64,000 nucleotides of DNA, from assembly GCA_964016885.1 (NCBI GenBank), contig OZ024741.1, positions 64,976,001 through 65,040,000 of the forward strand, in the 5' to 3' direction. The translations under genes were made by a program, and so were the position numbers. Shown here one piece after another: positions 41,906 through 60,889 of this stretch. The notes under the pieces are model-generated. The model was given only the letters and a program-made list of their open reading frames with translations, had not been told where the DNA came from and made no database searches. Positions within the stretch are counted from its first letter, which is position 1. Each line of letters opens with the position of its first letter. Origin of the DNA: Eledone cirrhosa. Taxonomy: Eukaryota.

Positions 41906-42030
41906 GACAACAATAATATAATTTTAAAAAAAGAGGAAGCGTCTTATGCGAAGGAGTGTCCAAATAGGCCGACAAATACGGTATACTATTATTAATAATC
42001 TAGCGTTAAAAAAAAATATATATATATATA

Positions 42031-42728
42031 TCAGTACTATACGAACATGCCAGACAACACGACGGTAACATAGACAACATAGAAATTAGAATAATATCTA
42101 AACATAGAAATGACCCAGCAGATAGGCAAATCAGAGAGGCCAGTGAAATAGAACTTAGAAGGCCAAGGCTAAACAGAAAAAATGAATGGAATAACAACAC
42201 CCAAACAAACAACACTGATCTAAGAGAAGTATAAATAAATAGATAAATAAATAAATAAATACATACATACACAAGCACAACAACAACAAACACATATAAA
42301 CACACACTAGTAAAGATAGAATACATTAACCAATACACAGTCACCCAATTACGAACACACACCAAACAAAACACTATACACACACGCAAACGCATGCGCA
42401 AAGAAGACAAAAAAATAAACAAATGAATAAATATATAAACAGACTAAATAAAGATGGCATAGAAAATACAATGCAACGGGAGGAAATAATAGCACCACTG
42501 ACGATGTTGCAGATGTGCAACGAAAGAACTTTGATAAACTATATATATATGTGTTTGTGTCTATATTGTATCTGTATTATTTTTGACCGTTGGTCAGTCA
42601 ATGGCAACATTGAGGACCGAATAAATTAAATTACCGATATAAAAGACACAGAAGCGAAAAGCGAAAACCAACCAAACAGTAAATGTTATTAATTCTGGCA
42701 ATATTACACAAATATGACCCTCCCGAAG

Positions 42729-42730
<2 letters not shown>
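42031..42730 (+). mobile_element. 5'-truncated Penelope-like element 3' end between (TA)n tracts
   Basis: SVLYEHARQHDGNIDNIEIRIISKHRNDPADRQIREASEIELRRPRLNRKNEWN, homologous to the 59520-60182 C-terminus; shared terminus ATGACCCTCCCRAAGTA. Confidence 0.8.
42493..42536 (+). ncRNA. Minimal hammerhead motif in PLE 3' region
   Basis: CACCA-CTGACGA-TGTTGCAgatgTGCAAC-GAAA-GAAC-TT-TGATA. Confidence 0.7.
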
Positions 42731-42775
<45 letters not shown>

Positions 42776-42786
42776 TGTTTATTACA

Positions 42787-42841
<55 letters not shown>

Positions 42842-43202
42842 CCACGAAAAAAGCCATTAAAAAATCGTGGAAGATATTTACGATTCCACGAACAATTATT
42901 TAGGTTCTAAGGGAAATCCCGCGAATGCCGGGGATACACTGTGTATATATATACACACACACACACATATACATATATATATATATATATACACACACAT
43001 GTATATATATATATATGATAATAAGGGCGCTGCGGAGTTGCAAATGGGTTACATATGAAAAAAGTTTGTCCTTCATCAGTGATCTTCCAACCATCATAGG
43101 CATTTCATCGCTTTAAAGACCATATACCTCCGGTTGGTGCGAGCAACGGCTAAAAAAAGTCATATATATACACACACATGTATGTATATATATATATATA
43201 TA

Positions 43203-44246
43203 TTTATTAAAATAACAGATTAAAGTTTAAGCAAAGAATCGCTGCTTTCACCCTTAACGGGATCTTCTGAAACTAACAAAGTCAATCTGTAAACGCAGAA
43301 CTGGATATTTCAAAAAACGTTGCAACCGGAGGAAGACAGGAAGACGATACTTTGGTTCGTGGTAACGTTCGCTGGCGAAGAACGGGAAAAAACGAATAAT
43401 ACGTCATTGGATTGGCAGTATCGGTAGAGGGTCGGACGCCATGCTTTCAGCATAGTTACGTCCCTTTACGATCTGAGTTCAAATCCCGCCGAGGTTGACT
43501 TTGCCTTTCATCCTTACGGGGTCGATAAAATAAAGTACCAGTAATGCACTGGGTAATTGCTGGCCTTGTGCCTAAAGTAGAAACAATTAATAGGAGCGGT
43601 GAAAAACAATTACGCGCAAAGACAGAACCACGTTTATGGTATAAAAGAGGTCGTAGACTAATGTTCTCTTAGGTGGTGCATAGAGACGTTCTCTGGCAAT
43701 GAACGAAAAAACGAAGATAATAAGTCATATATGGACCGTGGAGAACGATAGCATGCAAGGACAAAACCACGTAAATGGTATAGCAGAAGTCGTAGACTAA
43801 AATTCTAACTAGGAGACCAAATGAATCTCCGCTACAGAGTTAAGAACAAAGTAAATAAATACAATACAGAAGTAATAGACACAAATAAATACATACACGC
43901 AAACAGATACGTACATACACAAGCATACGCAAAACCTTACCATAGGTATACAAAACCACGCACATATAAATATGTGTGTGTGTGTATGCTTGTGTACAAA
44001 TAAATAAATAATTATATAAACGTATATAAGTAAATAAATACGTATATAACAAGCGCACACACATACCTACAAAATACACGAATGTTCGGAGTAGTTTCAG
44101 AAGATCCCGTTAAGGGTGAAAGCAGCGATTCTTTGCTTAAACTTTAATCTGTTATTTTAATAAATATTTGCTCTACGGTTCTTATATATTTGATATATAT
44201 TTTCCTCATCGAGCCCTCTTTGGATTTTAGTGTTCAATTTTATTAT

Positions 44247-44250
<4 letters not shown>
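43203..44250 (+). mobile_element. PLE remnant with about 70-bp inverted ends, each holding a hammerhead-like motif
   Basis: 43203-43275 is the reverse complement of 44092-44164; motif GTTT-CAGAAGA-TCCCgttaaGGGT-GAAA-GCA..TGC-TT-AAAC at 44094-44142; (TA)n on both sides. Confidence 0.65.
43408..43590 (+). mobile_element. Family A SINE nested in the PLE remnant
   Basis: Near-consensus copy with A/B boxes and core. Confidence 0.85.
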
Positions 44251-44291
<41 letters not shown>

Positions 44292-44301
44292 TGTATGTAT
44301 G

Positions 44302-44363
<62 letters not shown>

Positions 44364-44805
44364 CACATGTATGTGCGTGTGTGTATATGTATATATATAT
44401 ATCACCTTACTTCTTCCGGTAGACAGATTGAGACCATGCTGGGGCATAATATACACACATACAGACATTACAGAGGCTTTCTCTCTTTCACCTTTACCGG
44501 ATGGATATAAAATTATTTGGCCCGCTCTACCCACCCTACTATAAGTTAGAACAATATCAACAAAACTATGCAGAAGTAGCAACAGCAACAAGAACAACTG
44601 GAAAGTTTGATGATTAAATGCAGAAGTGTGTTATTATCGGCGAGATTTGGCTGATGTAAACATGCGTGTGTGGTGATGGTGGAGTATGCTATATGTGTAT
44701 GTGTAGTAACTAAAGACGTGAGTTATGGTACAGACATTGTGTCTGTACCATAATAGTTGTTATAAGTGATTTTTCACAATTTATTTTATATATACACACA
44801 CATTA

Positions 44806-44863
<58 letters not shown>

Positions 44864-45353
44864 AGAGAGGGGAGGGGGCATGACTTTAAAATATTTTCAG
44901 ACGAAAGGAAAAAAAGAAATTAGAGATAAATCGAGAGAGAGAGAGAGAGAAACAATGATTTGCAGCTTTGTAGATATGGGAGGAAAGGAGGAATAGAGTC
45001 TGTGCATATGTGTGTGTAAATGAAGGCGGAGAAGTTGCAACAGGTCCGACTGTATTCTAGCGAAGCATCAGCTGAGAGTGAAGGTGGTCGGGGTGGGTGG
45101 AGAAAAGGAGTAAAGCGAAAGTGCAGGAGGGAATAGAAGAGCGACAATTACAAATAGACAGGTATATATCATCACCATCATCACCGTTTTACGTCCATTC
45201 TTCCACTCTAGCATGGGTTAAACGGGTTGTCCTGATGTGGGCAATGCCAGGTCGGGTGACCATGTTTTGCTTATACGGGAACTGATTTTCGCTTGATTTC
45301 TACAGCTGGATGCCCTTCCTAACACCAACCTCATATATATATATATATATATG

Positions 45354-45888
45354 CAGGGTGCCCCCCCCCACCCCGCCCCCCAAAATGTGTACATATTACT
45401 ATTAGAATGCTGTTGATGTGTGTATACATTTTTGGGGACACCCATATATATATATATATATATATTTCAAAATAGGGGCGCACAGGACAAAGACAATGGA
45501 AAAAACAACGGAAAGACGAGCAGTCACATCACTCCTCAGTCAACCCCTGGAAATCACTACGGTTTCGGTTTATTAAGGTTCATACCATTCATACCAGTGA
45601 ACATTGGGACACAACAAAACAGATAGGCAAGTTATGCCATAAAGGCATAACTTGTCTCTACAATTACACAAATATAGAATCAGCAAGAGCTTAGTCAAAG
45701 GAGAAAAATAGAAAGGAGAGAAATAGTAAAACAGAAAAGAATAATAAGGACTGTAGTCCAAAGTGCAAACAACAATATATATATATATATATATACACCA
45801 AAAATGTATACACGCTTCAACAGCATTCTAATAAATATTGCCTGCACAGGTAATCAAAGTGTGTATACATTTTTGGGGACACCCTGTA
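45354..45888. mobile_element. Tc1/mariner-type MITE pair or composite
   Basis: CAGGGTG(T)CCCC..AAAATGTRTACA ends; TACATTTTTGGGGACACCC at about 45425-45443 and 45866-45886 followed by TA. Confidence 0.55.
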
Positions 45889-46419
45889 TATAAAAGTTGG
45901 AATGGAAAGAGATAGAAAGAAACAGCAGTGTCAAAGACAGACAGAAAAAAAGCAATAGCAAGAAGGAAATAATGGAGGAACACACATACTCAGGGCCAGT
46001 GCTACCAACCATGTAACCGCATAAGGCGCAGACCTCAGAGAGGTGTTTTACTGAACTCCAAAGTATCAGTTTTATATAGGGCTGGTGCTACTATTAAAGC
46101 CAACTAGGTATGAGCATCCCCAGTCGATGTTTTGATACGCAAACAAAAGCATACACGTTTTAGCGTATTCTTGTCTCAGTACCGCGTGAACAAATGTCAC
46201 CGATGACGGATAAAACACGTCTGATATATTCGCCGGCTATTGAGATAAGCTATGATCATGATCACAGCTTAAATTATACATAGTGAGATTCTTGTATATT
46301 AATCATATATAAACATATCGTATATGCCTTCATATACAGCTCTCTTTCTCTCTCACTCTCTCGCTCGCTCTCTCTCACTGTCTCGCTCTCTCTCTCACTG
46401 TCTCGCTCTCTCTCTCTCA

Positions 46420-46456
<37 letters not shown>

Positions 46457-46464
46457 TATATATT

Positions 46465-46648
46465 TAATATAGAAATGGCTTCTACAGAACTAGAACTGTT
46501 TCATTGGGAGGAAATGATCAGAAGGCTTTCTGATGTTCCTCCGAATGAAACAGTTCTAGTTCTGAAGAAGCCATTTCTATATTAAATTACTTTTACTCTG
46601 CTATGTATTGAGTACCTTACTTACTGTGGTTATCCTCGATTTAACGCA

Positions 46649-46650
<2 letters not shown>
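46465..46650. mobile_element. Fold-back element of the 9.7-kb family with degenerate hammerhead pair
   Basis: Arms TTAATATAGAAATGGCTTCT..GAACTGTTTCATT / AATGAAACAGTTC..AGAAGCCATTTCTATATTAA; tail is the reverse complement of 9712-9780. Confidence 0.7.
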
Positions 46651-46705
<55 letters not shown>

Positions 46706-46850
46706 CATATACGTATACGTGCATATACATATATATATACATGTACATATACGTATACGTGTACATATACATATATATATATACATATACATATATATAT
46801 ACGTGTACATATACATATATATATATACATATACATATATATATATGTAC

Positions 46851-46884
<34 letters not shown>

Positions 46885-47440
46885 ATACATATACATATAT
46901 ACATATATACATGTACATATATATATACATGTACATATATATATACATGTACATATATATATATATACATATACATATATATATATATACATATACATAT
47001 ATATACATGTACATATATATACATATACATATATATATATACATATACATATATATATATGTACATATATATACATATATATATGTACATATATATATAT
47101 ACATATACATATATACATATACATATATATATATACATATACATATATATATACATGTACATATATATACATGTACATATATATATACATGTACATATAT
47201 ATATACATATATATACATATATATATATACATATATATATATACATATATATATATACATATATATACATATATATATATATACATATATATACATATAT
47301 ATATATATACATATATATATACATATATATATATACATATATATATATACATATATATATATACATATATATATACATATATATATATACATATATATAT
47401 ACATACATATATATATATACATATATATATATACATATAT

Positions 47441-47475
<35 letters not shown>

Positions 47476-47801
47476 TATATACATATACATATACATATAT
47501 ATACATATACATATATATATATACATATACATATATATACATATATACATATATAATATATATATATATACATATATATATATACATATATATATACATA
47601 TATATATATACATATATATATACATATACATATATATATATACATATATATATACATATATATATACATATACATATATATATACATATACATATATATA
47701 TACATATATATATATATACATATACATATATATACATATACATATATATACATATACATATATATACATATACATATATATACATATATATATACATATA
47801 C

Positions 47802-47835
<34 letters not shown>

Positions 47836-47879
47836 ATACATATATATATACATATACATATATATATATATACATATAC

Positions 47880-47910
<31 letters not shown>

Positions 47911-48098
47911 CATATATATATACATATACATATATATATATATATACATATATATATACATATACATATATACATATACATACATATATATATACATATA
48001 TATATATACATATACATATATATACATATACATATATATATATATACATATACAAATATATATATATACATATACAAATATATATATATACATATACA

Positions 48099-48158
<60 letters not shown>

Positions 48159-48279
48159 CATATACATATACATATATATATACATATATATATACATATA
48201 TATATACATATATATATACATATATATATACATATATATATACATATATATATACATATATATATACATATACATATAT

Positions 48280-48326
<47 letters not shown>

Positions 48327-48333
48327 TATATAC

Positions 48334-48380
<47 letters not shown>

Positions 48381-48409
48381 CATATACATATATATATATA
48401 TACATATAC

Positions 48410-48481
<72 letters not shown>

Positions 48482-48575
48482 ACATATACATATATATATA
48501 CATATACATATATATATACATATACATATATATATACATATACATATACATATATATATACATATATACTTATAC

Positions 48576-48621
<46 letters not shown>

Positions 48622-49000
48622 ATATACATATATACATATATATATATATACATATAGCAAATACATATATATATATATAGATATACATATATATATATAC
48701 ACATATACATATATATATATACATATACAAATATATATATACAAATATATATATACATATATACATATACATATATATATATACATATACAAATATATAT
48801 ATACATATATATATATACATATATATATATACATATACAAATATACATATATATATATACATATACAATTATACATATACATATATATATATACATATAT
48901 ATATATATACATATACATATATATATATACATATACAAATATACATATACATATATATATATACATATATATACATATACATATACATATATATATATAT
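46651..49000. repeat. (TA)n/CA-interrupted microsatellite array
   Basis: Direct inspection. Confidence 0.95.
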
Positions 49001-49519
49001 AAACAATTAAGTTAAAAATGTACATCTACATATGCATACTGAAATACTAGTATGCATATGAATACACACACGTATACATATGTAGATGTACCAAGTCTTT
49101 CACTGGTTACTTTACTGTGAGTATCCAGCTATTCTGTATGTAAACACACAGACAAACCGGTTTTTAGAGTCATACTGGTTTTTGAGGAAACACCTTTCCT
49201 CTATTCTCCAGAAAGCCAGACAAGGAATATTGAACTAGTTTCGTTGTTGTTACAACTCATCAGCAATATTTACCTATCTACCGGCCTTTCTGGAGAATCG
49301 TAAAAGCACATATCGTTATATGCTTTTTCTATGAAAATTAGTAGTGGGCAGACTAATTTGCATAGAGTGTGAGTACGTACCGGTTCAACGGAGACGATAA
49401 AAACAAATAACGAAACGAAATTAAATTTCGTTTCGTTTGTAACTCACTTTTGTATGACTGACGCTTAAACAATTAAGTTAAAAATGTACATCTACATATG
49501 CATACTGAAATACTAGTAT
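49000..49519 (-). mobile_element. 466-bp ORF-less unit with 54-bp direct terminal repeat and hammerhead (retrozyme-like or PLE pseudo-LTR)
   Basis: 49000-49053 equals 49466-49519; internal hammerhead. Confidence 0.65.
49226..49270 (-). ncRNA. Canonical minimal type I hammerhead ribozyme
   Basis: Minus strand AATATTG-CTGATGA-GTTGTaacaACAAC-GAAA-CTAG-TT-CAATATT: 7-bp stem I, 5-bp stem II, intact core, palindromic stem III. Confidence 0.85.
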
Positions 49520-51086
<1,567 letters not shown>

Positions 51087-51286
51087 NNNNNNNNNNNNNN
51101 NNNNNNNNNNNNNNNNNNNNNNNNNNNNNNNNNNNNNNNNNNNNNNNNNNNNNNNNNNNNNNNNNNNNNNNNNNNNNNNNNNNNNNNNNNNNNNNNNNNN
51201 NNNNNNNNNNNNNNNNNNNNNNNNNNNNNNNNNNNNNNNNNNNNNNNNNNNNNNNNNNNNNNNNNNNNNNNNNNNNNNNNNNNNNN
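51087..51286. other. Assembly gap (200 N)
   Basis: N run. Confidence 0.99.
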
Positions 51287-51930
51287 TGCGGATGCATTCA
51301 TGTATATATGTGTGTGTCCGCATGTATCTGTGTGTTTCTAAATATATTAATAACTCCCTCTGGTCGAGCAATCTTTGAAGTGTGGGGACAACTGGAAAGC
51401 TTCCATTACTCATACTTCTCGCCTTCTTCACTACCTCTTCTACGGCCTCGATATGAATACCCCCTCCGCCTCCGTGGTATTTTCTTCGTGGTTATAAGAG
51501 GCTTAGCTCTGTTTCTCGACCGTTATATCGCGTGACTATCTCCCCCTCCGCCTTTTGGGATTCTTTCTCACGTCGTGTAGACGCGTTCTTGAGACTAGTA
51601 AAATGAGGTATCCTCTTGATAAGTCGGCAGACCTCGCAAGGACTCTATATCTTTGATATATTGTTTTTGTTTATGCCACGAAACTACGTAGTCGAGGAAT
51701 TTAGGAACAGTTTAGGTATGAGACATTTTATTACTAATTATATCTAAATGTTTCTTCTCTCTTCATAATGTATTTTTAACTCTGATACTGGTTCAGTCTA
51801 GTTCAAACTGAATTGGTCTGTCCCAGTCATTCATTGAGCAACATCGGTGAAGTTGGCACCCTTAACTCACAGTTGGGTGCGGATGCATTCATGTGTGTGT
51901 CCGCATGTATCTGTGTGTTTCTAAATATAT
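51287..51930 (+). mobile_element. About 590-bp unit with direct terminal repeats and a variant hammerhead (51611-51698)
   Basis: 51287-51347 approximates 51878-51930; TCCTC-TTGATAA-GTCGGCA...TGCCAC-GAAA-CTACGTAG-TC-GAGGA. Confidence 0.55.
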
Positions 51931-58556
<6,626 letters not shown>

Positions 58557-58715
58557 AGTATTTACGTATCGAGAAAGAGAAAAAGGGGAGGATAGGTGAT
58601 ACATATAGTTATTTGCCAAGTAGCGTATGCCAAAAGTGCTCGATACTAGTGCCGGCAGTATTAAATATTCAAAGTGTTAATATTTAGTGGGCTAGAGAGT
58701 TAGCAGAGCGCAAGC

Positions 58716-59385
58716 ACGTGGGAAAGTAAAAAATCGGAGAATAGACAGTTAAAACATGTTTATAGGTTTCGAACACATCTCCACTCTTTCACAAATAGAA
58801 AACTAAGGCACTCCACTTCGCTCGCGGACTACATCACATCACGAAAGGACTTAAACATCAGCTTCTCCACGCACTGGGAGATTGTCGGTAGGGCTGCACC
58901 GTACAACTTTGCCTCATGGAGCTCTACCACATCATAACTGCACCCCACGAGCTCATCAACAACAGAGCTGAAACAGTGATAAGTTGTACACATCGCTTAA
59001 AAATATTCTTCTTCAGATGGGTTAAGGAGGAGGAGTGAAACCGTACACCGGATCTCCCTGCAAAATAACACCCAGGAAACAATCCTTGCATATCAGACCC
59101 AGCCTCAGACAAACAGATGCGGCAAAAAAAAAAAATTGTCCGGGAAAGACTGCCCTAACACCGGCCAGAGTTACCTCCCTTGACCTGCTGCAAAATCAAC
59201 ACAAGCTATTTTTGCGAGCAATGAACCTTGATGTGGATTTAACCCCAAAAACTCTTTCCGAGCAATATAAGGAACACTTTTCATTATTTATGCCCTTGAG
59301 AAGCCCAACTGGGCGAAACGTACGTAGGTGCTGTTTTAAATAAACATGTTTTAACGGTCTATTCTCCGATTTTTTACTTTCCCAC

Positions 59386-59387
<2 letters not shown>
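58716..59387 (+). mobile_element. PLE 3' remnant with inverted ends (different PLE lineage)
   Basis: Inverted repeats 58716-58763 / 59340-59387; frameshifted HSTSLADYI..WEIVGRAAPYN / LCLMELYHII..LINNRAETVISCTHR; degenerate hammerhead 59291-59330. Confidence 0.7.
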
Positions 59388-59427
<40 letters not shown>

Positions 59428-59469
59428 TTATATATATATGTATTTATATATATATATATGTATTTATAT

Positions 59470-60582
59470 AGAGAGATAAAATTAGAGTGTATAGAGGAGC
59501 CAGAACCAAATGGTAAAAAATGGTAAATAATGACACAAATGGGACCTGCCCCTTCTATAGGAGCAAATTTTGGAATAGAATAGAAAGAACTAGGAATAAG
59601 GCTAATAGAATAAACTCATGGTATGATAGCAATAAATACCAGAGTGTAATGTTCATCGATACAACCCCTAGAGGTGAATTAGCTTACAAATTTAGAAGAG
59701 CCCTAGATAAACATAAACTCAATATTAAGATAGTAGAAAGACCAGGTACCTCCGTAAAAACACTTATTAGCAAGACATACCCTTTTCAAAGACCCCCCTG
59801 TATAGATAAGAAATGTATAACCTGTAAATTAAGCCCCCATATTAACTGTAAAACTAGAAATGTAGTATATAGCATAAGATGTACTGAAGGACAATGTAGA
59901 GACAAAAATATAGTGTACATAGGTGAAACAGCTCGTAGTGTAGGGGAACGGATAAATGAACACTGGCGAGACCTTCAAGATGGTAAAGAATCATCTGTAC
60001 TCTACCAACATGCTAAAATAGAACATAAGGGTAAATTAGAGAACATAGAAATAAAAATAGAATCTACACACAGAAAAGACGCAATGTTTAGACAAATCAC
60101 AGAGGCAATAAACATAAAAGAATTACAACCAAAATTAAATAGAAAACATGAGTGGAACAGCAACATCACAACTTACAATTAAGGACAAAATGAAAACACA
60201 CACGCACATAGAACAAACAACCAACCTGTAACATGTAAATAAACAAATAAATAAACGAATATAAACACACACAGACACCCGGATGTGGCGCATGCGCAGA
60301 CGGAGCACGCAACACACACACACACAGAAACAAAATGGCGTAGGACAGAACAAAGGAGAGGCACAAAAACAAAGAAAAGAATCCCCAGTCACTAAAGAGG
60401 TCACAGAATGTGTGACGAAAGAACTTTGACAATATATAAACAACCATCCGGTTGTGGAACCAACCAACCAACCAACCGGAAATTTATAAATTCCTCAAAT
60501 TATAAATTTATTATAATAAATTGAAGTGAAAGCAACTGGTGCGTGTGTTTCTTATTGGCAACATGACCCTCCCAAAGTATAA
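59470..60582 (+). mobile_element. 5'-truncated Penelope-like element (GIY-YIG ORF 59520-60182 plus 3' region)
   Basis: C..KKC.TC linker, CKTRNVVYSIRC...VYIGETARSVGERINEH, RQITEAINI, PKLNRKHEW; (TA)n both sides; hammerhead-like motif 60388-60430. Confidence 0.9.
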
Positions 60583-60585
60583 CAA

Positions 60586-60621
<36 letters not shown>

Positions 60622-60690
60622 CCACTATCAGGCTAAATAATTTCTTTAATTTCTTTAGTCAAAATACGGCGATAGCTTACATTTCTAATA

Positions 60691-60725
<35 letters not shown>

Positions 60726-60889
60726 GGAACGAGTAGGACCCCGACGGCTGAGCTCAAGCCGTTTTGACGGCTAATTCTGGACATGCGTTATGGTCGACCT
60801 GGTTCCTTACCACATTTCCTTCGTTATATATATATATATTATATGGATAGATGTATTTCTTTAAATATATTATATAGATAGATAGATAT

